64,000 bases of DNA from Candidatus Poribacteria bacterium (GTDB lineage: Bacteria > Poribacteria > WGA-4E > WGA-3G). The translations under genes and the position numbers were made by a program. Under the pieces are notes generated by a model. It saw only the letters and a list, made by a program, of their open reading frames with translations. It ran no database searches and was not told where the DNA came from. Positions 40,289 to 51,614 of this stretch are shown piece after piece (the first letter of the stretch is position 1; every line of letters begins with the position of its first letter). The stretch covers positions 384,001 to 448,000 of the forward strand of contig CBDBFU010000015.1 in the NCBI GenBank assembly GCA_965205025.1, given 5' to 3'.

Positions 40289-43200
40289 CTATTTCAAATC
40301 TGCCCATTGCGTTATCATTTTCCCTTTGGCAGAAATCAAACCCCGCAAGCGCGTTGTCGTCAGCGTTTTATGCACACCAGCATAAGACACATCTTCTATT
40401 TGATAGTAGTAGACAGTGTTAGGTTTCGCGGTGGTATCCATCCACGTATATTCAGTGCGTTCACCCGTTGTACCTGTGCCTTGGATAAGTTTGGTATTAA
40501 CTCGCTGAAACTTGCCTGCCTTTGTTTGACTTCGGTAGATGTAAAACCCCGCATTGTCTACCTCTGATTCAGTTGTCCAGTTGATGACAACACCGTCAGG
40601 TGTATGCTCCGCTGTGAAACTCGACAGCGTCACAGGGAGTGGCGTACCCTTGCGATACCCAGGATTACCCACATCCGTGGCATCTCCGTAATAGGTGATG
40701 ATTTTCGGTGGAACGGTTGCTGTGGACACCCACGCTGTGACCTGCCTACCATCCAAAGGCAGCCGTTTTTTGTATAACCGTCGAATAGATGCACGTTCGC
40801 CATCGTTCGTTTCACCGGATGGCAGCGTCCATGCAGGTATGTCTTTGGTGTGCGGGTAGCCATCTAAGTTGCCGACAGTATCCACGACGTTGCCGGTGTC
40901 ATCTGTGAGTTGTACCAGAAATCCGTCACTGCTGATCAGGCGAAACCGATTTGGCATGGGTGAAAAAGCCTTCGGGTGACGCTGAAACAGGTTGTAGGTG
41001 TGGTTATCAGGTAAATGCTTCGAATGCACACCGCGTGCGGTTATGAGCAGCGCTGTCTGGTTCGGTAACACATCAAACGCTTCAAGGGTCATAACAATCT
41101 GCTGATGTTCACCTTCTTGCCGCGTTTCAACGATGAGTTGATAACCTAATAGTTTAACCGAATCGGTAAAGGATGGATTATAGAGTTCAATCCACTGTGG
41201 CAAGGTTCGGGATCGGGTTTTTGTCTCAAACATTATCTCACTGATACTCAAGGCAACCGTTGGACTTGTACCGGGAACGATCTGATGCAAAAATAAGGGT
41301 GTAGAAATATCTGTCGGGTGTCCGTAATATGCGTTTATGCCAATGGCGACCGATACGGCAGACATCCATCCCGAAGCCTTTGTGCCTTTTAGCACATCAC
41401 CATCAAAACGACGCAGCAGTGAAAAGCGGTGTCCTTGTGGTGTCATACTATTGGGTAGCGTCCATGTCGGTTGATCATTTTTTGTGTCTTTATTACCATC
41501 AAGGTTGCCGACGCGGTCAACGACGCGTCCGGTAGGGTGTAGCAGTTTTAGAGAAAAACCCTCTGTACCGAAGATAGTGTTTTTGAGGTGTCGTCTGAAC
41601 GTATCTCGGTGTACTTCAGAAAGATCATAAACCCGTTCGGTTGGCAGTGCATCCGATCTTTCACCCTGCCCGGTCACCAAAAGTCCTGTCTGTTTCGGTG
41701 GCAGCACAAGGGTCTTGAGCGTTAGGGTAGCATGTCGATGTGTTCTGTCTGTCCGGGTTTCAACACCTAACTGCCAACCTTTCAAATCTACAGGTGTTTG
41801 AGACGCGTTATACAACTCTATCCATTGGGGAGATGCACCCGAGAAATCATACATGAGTTCTGTGATCCGGACCTCATCGGGTAAGGTCGGGTTGAAAACA
41901 ACCGCTGCTGCATTCGCGTTAGGGACGAATAGGGCATTCTCTCCATCATCAAGTGCGTTGGGGGCGGATCCGATACCCGGTGGCGATTGGATTTCTGTCC
42001 ATGCAGTGGCAAGATACCCGCGTTCGCGTATGTCTTTGCGCTGCCAAACACCTACCCAGTTCAACTCGGCTACAGGCACACTTGGACGATGTGTATCGGC
42101 AAGAGGCCAGACCCCCATATTGTTGTCAACAGTGTTTCGGAAATAACTACCCGCAACATCTTCAATCGACTCTGGGGTGCTGTTCTTCTCACGCGCATGC
42201 CGTAAGATCAGCAGAAAAGGTGTGTCCGGTAATTTCAAGTCAGGCGCAACAAAATACGGATACCGCGCGTCTGTCTCCTGCTCACTTGCAGCAATATCCA
42301 ACCCACTCGCAAGCCATGTCTCGCTTGGATCGGTGCTGGTAATTAACAACAGGCCTTGTGTAGGCAATATATAATCCGGGAAAGATACAATGTCCACATC
42401 TTGATCCACATACTCCCCCGTGCTCGTGACGATGCTGATTTCCCAATCTCTGAGTCTAACATCCATATCACATACATTCTTGAGTTCTATATAGTCGTTT
42501 GTGTCGTCAGAGGCATTGCGTATCTTGTTGAAAACAACATGGGACACCAAAGGCAGCACGGGTGAGGAATCCCGTAGGTAACCGGGTGTACCAAGACACA
42601 TCGACGCTGGGGCATGCCGATCATAACCGAGGTGCGCATGATACCCGCTCGGTATCCACGCAGCAGCAAGATACCCTGGCTGTTCTAAATGCTGACGCTG
42701 CCACGCACCGAATTGGGCTAACGGGGCTGTTGCTTCTGTCGGATTAGGCTTGTAGGAATGCGGATAAACTTCGGTGACGTCGTACAATACCGGCCAAAGA
42801 TAATTACCAACAACATCTTCAATCGTTCTTACGAAGTCTCCATCTTTCTCCTGCACATGTCGTAAAATCAGTAGATACGGTGTGCTTGGCAGCTTCAAGT
42901 CAGAAGCAACAAAATAGAGATGCTGCGCACCTTTCTGCTTTGCACCTGTAGCAATATTCAAACCGCCAGCAACCACCGTTTGACTCGGATCGGTGTTGGT
43001 AATTAACAACACACCACCCATCGACAATGTATAATCGGGGAACGATATTATGTCCGCATCTTGATTCGTATACTTACCCTCGCTTGTGACGATGCTGATT
43101 TCCCAATCTCTGAGCCGGACTCCCTCGCCACATACATTCTTCAGTTCTATCCAGTCGTTTGTGTCGTCAGAGGCATTGCGTATTTCGTTAAAAACAAGAC

Positions 43201-46200
43201 GATGTGCCACAGGTTGAGAAGGTGAAGGATCAAGCCGGTAACCGGGTGTGCCAAGACACGTCCATGCCGGAGCATGTCGATCATAACCGAGGTACGCATG
43301 ATAACCGCTCGGCACCCATGCAGCAGCAAGATACCCCGGCTGTTCCAAACGCTGACGCTGCCACGCACCAAATTGTGTCAACGGGGCTGTTTCCTCTGTC
43401 GAATACGCCGCTTCAAAGAAGGGATAAACTTCGGGACCGTCGGACAATACCTCCCAAAAATAATTGCCAGCAACATCCGCAATCGTCGAGGCTTTGTCTG
43501 CCCAGGTTGTGCGTTGTAAAATCAGCAGAAAAGGTGTGTCCGGCAACTTCAGACGTTTCGCAACGAAATATAGATGCTGCGCACCCGATTCCCGCGCACC
43601 TGTGGCGATATTCAACCCACTCGCAAGATGATTCTCGCTCGGATCCGTATTCGCAACTAACAACACACCCTGTGCAGGTAACACAAAGCCGGGGAGCGAC
43701 ACAATATCTATTTCGGCACCAGACTCGACTTTTTCAGTTGTGATAAGACGAATCTGCCATTCAGAGAGGTCAAGCGGGGTATTACACACGTTCTTCAGTT
43801 CTATCCAATCGTTGGTATCGTCCCAAAGGTTACCGATTTCGTTGAAGATTAAGGACTGTGTTTCCAGAGGAATAGGTGGACGCAGGGATGGCGGATAGTC
43901 TATAGGTGTGGGTTGTTCTACGGGTGGTTCTACAGGCGGTTGGACAGGTGGCTCTATCGGTGGCTCCACAGGTGGCTCAACGGGCGGGTCCACAGGTGGT
44001 TCTACGGGTGGCTCAACGGGCGGGTCCACAGGTGATTCGGGTTCTACAGGCGGGTCAACAGGGGGCCGGACAGGTGGGACTATGGGTTCGTCAACATCTG
44101 TCACGGTGACGATCAGTGTCTGGGTCGCTGTGAGTTCGCGATCCCCGACACCGCTTGTGGCGGTGAGGATTAATGTATAGACGTTGCTATTCGCTGCACT
44201 CCCCGGCATCTCAAAGTCAGGGGCAGTCTTGAAACGCAACATATCCGCCGGGGTGCTCGCACCACCGATCTCAAATAACGCAGCATCTGCACCACCCGTA
44301 ATCGCATACCCGGTAATCTCATCCTCCGCATCGGGGTCTTCCGCAATAATCGTGATAACCGCTGTTGTGTTCTCTGCAACATTCACTGCCGAGGCACTCC
44401 TGAAAACCGGCGGATGATTCACGGGTGCTGGCGGATCAGGTGGGGGGTCCGGTGGACGTGGTCCCGGAGGTGTTCGCGATAGGGTGCTGGCTGTCAGCAC
44501 ATTGCTCCCAGGTTCAATCTGACTCTCGCCTCGCAAGGCAAACAACTGGAAGTCATACGAGGTCCCCGGTTCAAGATCTAAATGGACAAAACTGAATCGA
44601 CGCGGCAATCGTCCAAGATCTGCGTGCTCCATCCAAGCACTCTCTGCACTTTTCTTAAAATAATATGCGTATGCCTGGGGTAAGGTGCCTGATACGTCAG
44701 CGATCCATTGGATGTGTGTATATCCGACATCATCGAGCGTAAGCGTAATAACAGGCGGTGCGACAGCCGTTGCCGTGAATGCTACCTTGAGTTCGTCATG
44801 TGAGGGTCCCGCTGCTTCTGCGCGTGTATTCTCAGGGACGATTGCCTCTACGGTGTGTGTCTCACCATCATTGCCGAGGGTGAACGTAAAGGATGACAAT
44901 CCATCGGCGCCCGTTCTTACGGGTTCCTCAGTTTCCGTTACCGTGCCATCGGGTGCGGTAACCTTCCACGTAACTGGTACACCCTCGAATTCCTCGTTTA
45001 CCTTTTCTGCTGTATAACGATTCCCGGGCCAGGCAGCTCGGTAATCCTCGAAAGTACTATAGGCAGACACGCGAAAGGTATGCCTGCTTTGAGGGTTCCC
45101 TACATGATGTTCCTGTTCCTCAGATCCTCTCCGAAGTCCAGGCACGACGGGGGAATACGCAACAACCCCTGGCATTGAAAAGTCCGTAATGAGGGCTGGA
45201 ATGTCTGTATAGATGGAGTCATAGTCCAGGTTCCAATTGAGCCTAACCTCAATACGGCTTTGGCTATCTTGATTTACTAACTTTCCACTCTCCATGAGTT
45301 CTACCAAGGGTGTGAGATCCTTCAGGAGCCAACCTCTGTCATCCTGTGCACCAGGTGGATCATGTATATGACGCACGGACAAATTTTCCATAGACGCACC
45401 TGCCGGTAAACGGTCCAGCACCGATAGGTCAGAGATACGCGTCCCATCAAGAATCAAGTAGGTCAGTGATGAGAAAGACGGAAGCACTTCTGCTAACCCC
45501 TCAGTCGTGATGTTGGTCGAATGGAGCCATAGGAGTTCTAAATTTGTTAAGTTTTTCAGTGCAGATATATCCGATATCTGGCTATTGCTCGTAAGATGCA
45601 GACCGTCTAACGCTGTGAGACTACCCAAGGGCGATATATCGGTAAGGAAATAATTGAACGTAAGGTCTAACTTTGTTAGTGCCGTGAGGCTGCTCAAGGG
45701 CGATATATCGCTAAAATGATTATATTGAAGATATAACTCTTTTAACGCCGTGAGGGTCCCCAAAATGGATAAATCTCTAATAGCCCAGACATTAAGCTTC
45801 AAATATTCCAATTTGGTTAACTTGGTGAGGAAGGATAGGTCTGCAGGTGTCGGCCCGTTGTAGTTTGCCTGAGTTAAGGGGCGCCCAGCGTAGAGAAGCG
45901 TCAGGTTTGTGAGATTACTAAGAGCCGATAGGTCCGTCATCAGGTTGAGATCCAGATCCAGAGATGTCAATTGGGTCAGACCACTGAGAGGCGATAGGTC
46001 CGAGATCTTATTCCGGGAAAGTTGCAGGCTGCCCATCCCGGTTGCGTGTTCAAGACCAGTGAGACTGCGAATGTTTTTGCTCCCCGCGGAGAGTTGTCCA
46101 GTCATCCCATTCATCTCAGCCTCGGTGATTGTGGCTCCCGAGCTCTTACCGAGTTTGGTTTCGATTGCAGCACGGAGGTTAGCATCGGGGATAGTTACAG

Positions 46201-46282
46201 GATCCATCGGTGCGGCATCAATGGGTAACACACTGCTCAGCATCAGTCCAAAACAACAAAATATACCGAAAAGAAATTTCAT
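40289..46282 (-). CDS. Giant surface protein: internalin LRR, FN3-like, cadherin-like, Pro-rich linker, five lamin-tail-like domains, PLPVTLSSF Ig-like tail
   Basis: IPDANLRAAI cap, LRRs, DLEPGTSYDFQL, NHPPVF...VTVTDVDE, WIELKN x3 and WIELYN x2, ends ITQWADLK. Confidence 0.9.
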   Translation of the reverse strand: MKFLFGIFCCFGLMLSSVLPIDAAPMDPVTIPDANLRAAIETKLGKSSGATITEAEMNGMTGQLSAGSKNIRSLTGLEHATGMGSLQLSRNKISDLSPLSGLTQLTSLDLDLNLMTDLSALSNLTNLTLLYAGRPLTQANYNGPTPADLSFLTKLTKLEYLKLNVWAIRDLSILGTLTALKELYLQYNHFSDISPLSSLTALTKLDLTFNYFLTDISPLGSLTALDGLHLTSNSQISDISALKNLTNLELLWLHSTNITTEGLAEVLPSFSSLTYLILDGTRISDLSVLDRLPAGASMENLSVRHIHDPPGAQDDRGWLLKDLTPLVELMESGKLVNQDSQSRIEVRLNWNLDYDSIYTDIPALITDFSMPGVVAYSPVVPGLRRGSEEQEHHVGNPQSRHTFRVSAYSTFEDYRAAWPGNRYTAEKVNEEFEGVPVTWKVTAPDGTVTETEEPVRTGADGLSSFTFTLGNDGETHTVEAIVPENTRAEAAGPSHDELKVAFTATAVAPPVITLTLDDVGYTHIQWIADVSGTLPQAYAYYFKKSAESAWMEHADLGRLPRRFSFVHLDLEPGTSYDFQLFALRGESQIEPGSNVLTASTLSRTPPGPRPPDPPPDPPAPVNHPPVFRSASAVNVAENTTAVITIIAEDPDAEDEITGYAITGGADAALFEIGGASTPADMLRFKTAPDFEMPGSAANSNVYTLILTATSGVGDRELTATQTLIVTVTDVDEPIVPPVRPPVDPPVEPESPVDPPVEPPVEPPVDPPVEPPVEPPIEPPVQPPVEPPVEQPTPIDYPPSLRPPIPLETQSLIFNEIGNLWDDTNDWIELKNVCNTPLDLSEWQIRLITTEKVESGAEIDIVSLPGFVLPAQGVLLVANTDPSENHLASGLNIATGARESGAQHLYFVAKRLKLPDTPFLLILQRTTWADKASTIADVAGNYFWEVLSDGPEVYPFFEAAYSTEETAPLTQFGAWQRQRLEQPGYLAAAWVPSGYHAYLGYDRHAPAWTCLGTPGYRLDPSPSQPVAHRLVFNEIRNASDDTNDWIELKNVCGEGVRLRDWEISIVTSEGKYTNQDADIISFPDYTLSMGGVLLITNTDPSQTVVAGGLNIATGAKQKGAQHLYFVASDLKLPSTPYLLILRHVQEKDGDFVRTIEDVVGNYLWPVLYDVTEVYPHSYKPNPTEATAPLAQFGAWQRQHLEQPGYLAAAWIPSGYHAHLGYDRHAPASMCLGTPGYLRDSSPVLPLVSHVVFNKIRNASDDTNDYIELKNVCDMDVRLRDWEISIVTSTGEYVDQDVDIVSFPDYILPTQGLLLITSTDPSETWLASGLDIAASEQETDARYPYFVAPDLKLPDTPFLLILRHAREKNSTPESIEDVAGSYFRNTVDNNMGVWPLADTHRPSVPVAELNWVGVWQRKDIRERGYLATAWTEIQSPPGIGSAPNALDDGENALFVPNANAAAVVFNPTLPDEVRITELMYDFSGASPQWIELYNASQTPVDLKGWQLGVETRTDRTHRHATLTLKTLVLPPKQTGLLVTGQGERSDALPTERVYDLSEVHRDTFRRHLKNTIFGTEGFSLKLLHPTGRVVDRVGNLDGNKDTKNDQPTWTLPNSMTPQGHRFSLLRRFDGDVLKGTKASGWMSAVSVAIGINAYYGHPTDISTPLFLHQIVPGTSPTVALSISEIMFETKTRSRTLPQWIELYNPSFTDSVKLLGYQLIVETRQEGEHQQIVMTLEAFDVLPNQTALLITARGVHSKHLPDNHTYNLFQRHPKAFSPMPNRFRLISSDGFLVQLTDDTGNVVDTVGNLDGYPHTKDIPAWTLPSGETNDGERASIRRLYKKRLPLDGRQVTAWVSTATVPPKIITYYGDATDVGNPGYRKGTPLPVTLSSFTAEHTPDGVVINWTTESEVDNAGFYIYRSQTKAGKFQRVNTKLIQGTGTTGERTEYTWMDTTAKPNTVYYYQIEDVSYAGVHKTLTTTRLRGLISAKGKMITQWADLK
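43915..44075 (-). repeat. 12-bp degenerate tandem repeat encoding PPVE/PPVD (paralogous tract 61270-61415)
   Basis: Visible in DNA and translation. Confidence 0.9.
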
Positions 46283-46285
46283 TTT

Positions 46286-46541
46286 TCAAACCTCACTTTT
46301 ATAGTTCATCAGGTAATCTCCTTGTGTCGTGTCAACATATTTCAAAACAGCTGGATTATTATAGGCTACCAGCAGATTATAGCCAGCGACACCTTTACCA
46401 TCTGCCAAGTGAATATCAACTTCTATTTTTGGTAAAGTCACGTCGGTATCCCGTTTTAGGGATGCCACCATTTCAGAATAACTCAGTGACACCAAGCTAA
46501 TAACAAGATGGCTGTAAACAAGGCAAAAAATGTATTTTCAT
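46286..46541 (-). pseudogene. 5' fragment of a paralog of the cohesin gene 28176-30164
   Basis: EMVASLKRDTDVTLPKIEVDIHLADGKGVAGYNLLVAY...TTQGDYL near-identical; frameshifted signal peptide; similarity ends at GDYL. Confidence 0.8.
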
Positions 46542-46744
46542 GATTATGGTCTCCTTTGTAGACTATTGATATTTTATTCAGGATACACACGATTCCTTTT
46601 TGGGTCATTGTGTAATCTTTTTTCGTATCCATGGGTTCGTGGACGGATTAACGCTACCTATTCACAAGATAGATTCCCATTGCCACCAATCCAGTGCCTG
46701 CCAACAAACCGGAGGTCAGTTTATCGCCTAAAAACACATAACTA

Positions 46745-47649
46745 TAGTAAACTTTAGAATTAATGATACATGTTTATAACTTCATCAATGGTTATATCAG
46801 CATTGTATTCTCTGAGACGTTTGATATTCGCAAAGTCGTGTTCAATCGGGTTGTAGTCCGGTGAATAAGGTGGTAAAAACAATACCTCTGCTCCCGATGC
46901 TTCTATCAACTCACGCGTCCGAAGCGTCTTGTGGATCTTCGCATTATCAAGAACAACCACGTCTGAGACAGACAGCCGTGGACATAAATAGGCTTCAAGC
47001 CACGCATTGAAACACGCAGAATCGCAGCTTCCATCAAACAAACAAGGTGCCGTAAAAGTCGAACCGATACGCGCTGCGACCAGCGTCGTTGTTCGTGTTC
47101 TTGTGCCTGAGATCAAACCTAAGACACATTCACCTTTCGGGGCATAGCCATGACGCCTATAACTTTCAGCACGAAAACCGCATTCATCAACATAAACTAT
47201 CTTTTTACCAGCGGCGTGTTTCTCGGTGAGTGTCTGACGGTAGCCCCTCCGTTTCTCATCGCACCGCTCCTTATATCCGATTGTTTTTTTTTCGTGTGAT
47301 GCCGAGTTTCCGCAACCCATAGGCTATAGAAGACTCTGAAACACCGAAATGTGAGGCGCGTTCGTTTTGCGTCAAGTCTGGGAAATCAGCGACATGTTTT
47401 TTCAGTGCTGCCTCGTCAAGCACTCTCATGCTTTTGGGCCCCGGTTTTTGGGTCGAAAGCGGGTCTTCAGCGGCTAACCATCTATAAATCGTTGAACGAT
47501 TCAGAGAAAAACGACGGGCAGCTTCGGCTTTTTTCCCGCCAGCTTCAATAAAATCTAAAACGCGTTTGCGTAAATCTGTTGAATATGCCATAATAGACAC
47601 ATTCTACTACAAAATACAAAAAATGTCTCTTTAATTCTGATAGTCACTA
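46745..47649 (-). mobile_element. IS630-family insertion sequence (905 bp)
   Basis: Imperfect TIRs TAGT..AGAATTAA, TA target duplication; HTH ORF plus DDE ORF. Confidence 0.92.
46760..47600 (-). CDS. IS630 transposase in two overlapping ORFs joined by a probable frameshift at an A9 run (about 47284-47292)
   Basis: MAYSTDLRKRVL...GITRKK; VDECGF, VLDNAKIHK, LPPYSPDYNPIE. Confidence 0.88.
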
Positions 47650-48557
47650 TAAATAGAACACCCGATATCGGCATCAGGAAACTGAAGACGACCAATTTGT
47701 TTGCTTTATATGTTCTTAGCAACCATATCCATCCTAAAAGGCATAAACCTGTGAAAATCCAGCCTTGATAGATAAGACCCACCATACTTGCCAGCGTCCA
47801 TTTAACGGGCTGCCCTTGTTCAAAAAGATAGCTGAGTCCCAAAAAACACGGCAGGCTTAAACCTAACATCCATGCAAGAAGTCGATAGGGATAAATATCC
47901 TGAACGAAGATCTTTGCGAAGACAATACGGAGCGCGATGAAGCACGCTGCAAGTATGACAATTAGGTCACCGATGAGGGATTTCCCGCCATCTTGAAAGT
48001 CCGGGGCGACGGCTATAATAGTCCCACCGAATGCAATGAGCATTCCCAATATTTTTGTTACAGAAAGCCGCTGGTCGGGAAGGTAGAAATGCCCGAATAG
48101 AATCGTGAAAAGCGGATAGAGCGTAAAAAAAATAGTAGCTCGAGAGGCTGTTGTCAACTGCGTACCCACGTTCAAGGTAATTATGCGTAAGATGTAAAGT
48201 GCTGCAAGCACAAGCAGCCGCGGTACTTCCTTGAAACGTAATCGCATTGACATCCCAAAGTAGAACCCTAACCCCGCAACGACGACGAGTCCTAATAGAC
48301 ATTGGAAAAATGCCATTATTAGCGGTGGAAAACCCAGCAAACCGAGCTTAACAGCAAATGCCCCTCCACCCATGAAAAAAACAATAAGCAACATAAGGGC
48401 AACAGTCTTGCCTGAAGGGTCTTCGTTCCGAAATTCTTTTTCAAGCATAAATGTAAATGAGTCCCGACAAGAGGGGCAATGTGCACCATTATTTCTGCGG
48501 TGCAGGTATAAAAGAAAACCTGCTTGCTACCATAATTATGGCAATCGCCTGTTTTGC

Positions 48558-49337
48558 CTACGGTTGTCCCGTGTTGATGTAATCTGAACGCAACTCAAAA
48601 CGATGTTGTTTCCAGTCCGCTGTTCGTGTGTCCAATTCAGCTTCAATCATCCTTATCTCTTCGATTTGCTCATAGGCATTGGCATCTGCTTGCGTGGCAA
48701 ATTCCAACGTAGCCAGCCGATGTGGTGTTTCATCATAATAGTTGTCATAAGAAGCATTCGCTTTCAACTCATCGGGAGTGATCAGTGTTGCCATAACCGA
48801 CTCAATCCAGTCAAGATAGGTTTGTTTCCCGCCCAAAGGATAGTCAATAAGATAGATGATTTTTATTTTCCAGTCGTCTACTGCTTCTTTGGAGTAGACA
48901 GAACGTTGTATGAATGTGAATGTCCGAGCATTGCTTGTACCATCCGGTAGGTTTTCAAGAATAGCAGAGATCTCCGGACGGTTCAGATAACTTTCCGCAT
49001 CACTAAAACTGCCAAACTCAAACTCAACCATCCGGTCCGGACGCATGGATGAATCAAGATTGTCGTAAGACCTTATCCGAACAATCTCTTGCGGTGCCTG
49101 CAGTGTTGATGCAACCGAGGCTACCCACTCAAGATAAGTTTCCTTACCACCCGCTGGATAGTCAGCGAACATGACTAACTTCACTGGTGTCGATTCCATA
49201 TCAAGTGATGACATACTTGGGGTTTTTGATGGCATGCTATCAATGAGCACCTTTTGAGTCCGCTCACAACCCGTAAATACGACAAAACTCATGAAAAATA
49301 TAATAAACACTTTTGCAAACTTGAAAATCATCAACAT
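48558..49337 (-). CDS. Lipoprotein with a tandem-duplicated domain (EthD/DUF1330-like alpha-beta barrel)
   Basis: FTGC lipobox; DYP.GGK.TYL.W...SYDN...P.R...EF occurs twice. Confidence 0.7.
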   Translation of the reverse strand: MLMIFKFAKVFIIFFMSFVVFTGCERTQKVLIDSMPSKTPSMSSLDMESTPVKLVMFADYPAGGKETYLEWVASVASTLQAPQEIVRIRSYDNLDSSMRPDRMVEFEFGSFSDAESYLNRPEISAILENLPDGTSNARTFTFIQRSVYSKEAVDDWKIKIIYLIDYPLGGKQTYLDWIESVMATLITPDELKANASYDNYYDETPHRLATLEFATQADANAYEQIEEIRMIEAELDTRTADWKQHRFELRSDYINTGQP

Positions 49338-49382
49338 AACTCCTTTGATTGTTTTTGGCGTTATTCGTAGGTTCCTAATACA

Positions 49383-49408
49383 GTAGAGGCAAGTTTCCTC
49401 ACCTCTAC
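49383..49408. repeat. GTAG-type REP-like palindrome
   Basis: GTAGAGG...CCTCTAC. Confidence 0.55.
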
Positions 49409-49419
49409 ATTATTCGGTA

Positions 49420-51405
49420 TTACTCATCTTCCCCATTGGGAGCTTCTGGTATTTCTTCAGGGGCAGGTGGTTGTGGCACCTCCGGTTCCCCCGTGAGAGG
49501 CGTTTCCAGATCAGAAAAATCAACAATGGCAACGGTAATCTCTTTCGCCCCGGTAACAATGAACCCCTTGATGATGATTTCTTTTTCAATCGGTTCGGGT
49601 GGCTCTACATCTTCAGGGAATGGTATATCATCTTCCTCTGGGAAAACAAAATCTTCAGGAAGTTGCGGTATATCAACACCTGCGTCAAATGGTCCCCAGT
49701 CATCAAATAGGAAATCATCACCAAACCCGGCTGGAGATAGCGTGATAGTAATGAGACCCTGTTCTATCTGATTTTCTTCCATCTGTTTGATGAAATCCTC
49801 AAGGGTTTCAGGCAGACGGGGTTCTTCAATGGGTTCATCATCAAAGAAACTGTTGTCTATAAATAAAAAGTCATTTTCGTTGCTGGTAGCAACACGCAAC
49901 TGTGCATCACCTATAGGAAAGTCTTGCGGAATATCAAGCGTTACTTCTCGTTGGAGCGTCCGTTCTCCCTGTGCAGCACTCCAGTGTGGAAGTAGCACGA
50001 CCTTGAACGTGGCAGTTTCACCGGGGATAATGACTTCGGGGACAATCACATCGTGAACAGCTGCGCGCATGACAATAGGAGTTTCGGTAACCGAAATAGA
50101 CACCTCCGCTACCGTCGCCCTTTCTGCGTTATTCGCGAACATATTTGTGAAAGAATAGATAACCGAGTCAACGTTTAATAATGTATCAAGAAAAAGTTCT
50201 GGTGATGCGACACGATAGGATTTCGTATAAGTTTTTTCTGTTTCTTTGAATCGGAGCGTGATCGTGCCGTCCACAGTACCGGGACTGTTCTCTTGCCGTA
50301 TCGTATCCACCGTAACAGTGGCGACAATAGCGATGAACGCTTCTTGCCCATAGGCAACTTCGTGATGTTTCTCTACGACCACACCATCATCAATTTGATA
50401 ACTAACCTTCACCGGTATCATCTCTGGCAACACACCAAGCTGTCCAACAATTGCGGGTGTCAAATCTTTGGTGATCATGCCGATAGGATTACCAAAGGCA
50501 GCTGCAGATTTATAGGATGCCTCTAAGTTTGGAACGATCCCGCGAACGACGGCTCTATACACCGGCAATGATGCTTGTCCATCCCCATTCATCGGGTGAC
50601 CGAAAGCAACAAACTTATCATCATAGACCTGTGTCACCGTGCCAAACCCGATCGAGTTGACAACATCACCTCGCGTAACAGCGACACCAATCATATCACC
50701 AGCAGCAAGCCCGGTTGTGTTGTGAACGGGTGCGTCTACCGTGCCACCGGCATCCGAAAATATCTCAATGAAATCATAACGAGACCCTTTCAGATGTGAA
50801 GCAAGTTGCTGAAGCCGATGCGGTTGTATCCCCGTAATCATCAATGGTGTTTTTACAGGCGTATACACTGAGTTTATTTTACCTGACGGTGCAGCGGGTA
50901 CATGTCGCGCATCCAGCAAATCACCAAAGGTTTGATGCGTTATCGTGGCGTCCATCGCACCAATCGAAGTGACCAAAAATCGGTGGGGTGTCCCAGCAAA
51001 ACTCTCGCCGTAAGCCAACGCCCCCATAATACGTCCAGGCGGTCCCACAGGGCTGCCTGACATGCCTTTCGCTATACCACCCATCGCCTGAGCATCCGCA
51101 TCGGCAAGTTCACATTCATAAAGCGGAAAACCGAGACCTAAATCCCGCACACCGCGAAAACGCGCATCAAGCGTCACGCGTCCCGTGCCTTCAATAACAG
51201 TTACAATTTGAACATACGTTTTATCTGCTAACGTAGCCGCTTCCGCTGCATACATATTTTCAAACACCACATCATCACCAAGCGGTGCCGCAGACAATTC
51301 AAGTGGCGCATCAAGATCCGTTGGATTTTCTAAAACTTCGTCTGAAGAACAGCCGATAACACATAACATTATGGCAATGCCAATAAACACAAAATAGTTT
51401 TTCAT
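49420..51405 (-). CDS. SpoIVB peptidase S55-domain lipoprotein, paralog of 22144-24003
   Basis: VIGC lipobox; GGIAKGMSGSPVGPPGR; long shared segments. Confidence 0.85.
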   Translation of the reverse strand: MKNYFVFIGIAIMLCVIGCSSDEVLENPTDLDAPLELSAAPLGDDVVFENMYAAEAATLADKTYVQIVTVIEGTGRVTLDARFRGVRDLGLGFPLYECELADADAQAMGGIAKGMSGSPVGPPGRIMGALAYGESFAGTPHRFLVTSIGAMDATITHQTFGDLLDARHVPAAPSGKINSVYTPVKTPLMITGIQPHRLQQLASHLKGSRYDFIEIFSDAGGTVDAPVHNTTGLAAGDMIGVAVTRGDVVNSIGFGTVTQVYDDKFVAFGHPMNGDGQASLPVYRAVVRGIVPNLEASYKSAAAFGNPIGMITKDLTPAIVGQLGVLPEMIPVKVSYQIDDGVVVEKHHEVAYGQEAFIAIVATVTVDTIRQENSPGTVDGTITLRFKETEKTYTKSYRVASPELFLDTLLNVDSVIYSFTNMFANNAERATVAEVSISVTETPIVMRAAVHDVIVPEVIIPGETATFKVVLLPHWSAAQGERTLQREVTLDIPQDFPIGDAQLRVATSNENDFLFIDNSFFDDEPIEEPRLPETLEDFIKQMEENQIEQGLITITLSPAGFGDDFLFDDWGPFDAGVDIPQLPEDFVFPEEDDIPFPEDVEPPEPIEKEIIIKGFIVTGAKEITVAIVDFSDLETPLTGEPEVPQPPAPEEIPEAPNGEDE

Positions 51406-51419
51406 TTTGCTCCTTTTTT

Positions 51420-51540
51420 AACGTGAGTTTGATAATAGGTATATAAACTTTATTTTACAAGAATATGATAACCATATACCCGGTAGGTGCTGTTTCTAAC
51501 TGCACCGAATTACAAAATCATGATTTTTCAAACTCACGTT
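51420..51540. mobile_element. MITE (121 bp), same TIR family as 16428-16549, with internal REP
   Basis: AACGTGAGTTTG...CAAACTCACGTT; internal GGTAGGTGCTGTTTCTAACTGCACC; TSD imperfect. Confidence 0.8.
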
Positions 51541-51614
51541 CCTTTATAAAATGTGTAGATTGTCCTTAGGAGTGAAACTCACACAATCTACAAAGCGAGT
51601 TCGGTATATTTTAA

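Larger units (their letters stand above)
46654..48448 (-). pseudogene. EamA/DMT transporter interrupted by IS630 near its 3' end
   Basis: Removing 46745-47651 restores ...PISGVLF-SYVFLGDKLTSGLLAGTGLVAMGIYLVNR*. Confidence 0.9.

Noticed and set aside
43906-44417. Plus-strand Gly/Ser/Thr-rich ORFs (also 61185-61743) and other antisense ORFs
   Set aside because: Shadows of the PPVE repeats and of well-supported minus-strand genes.
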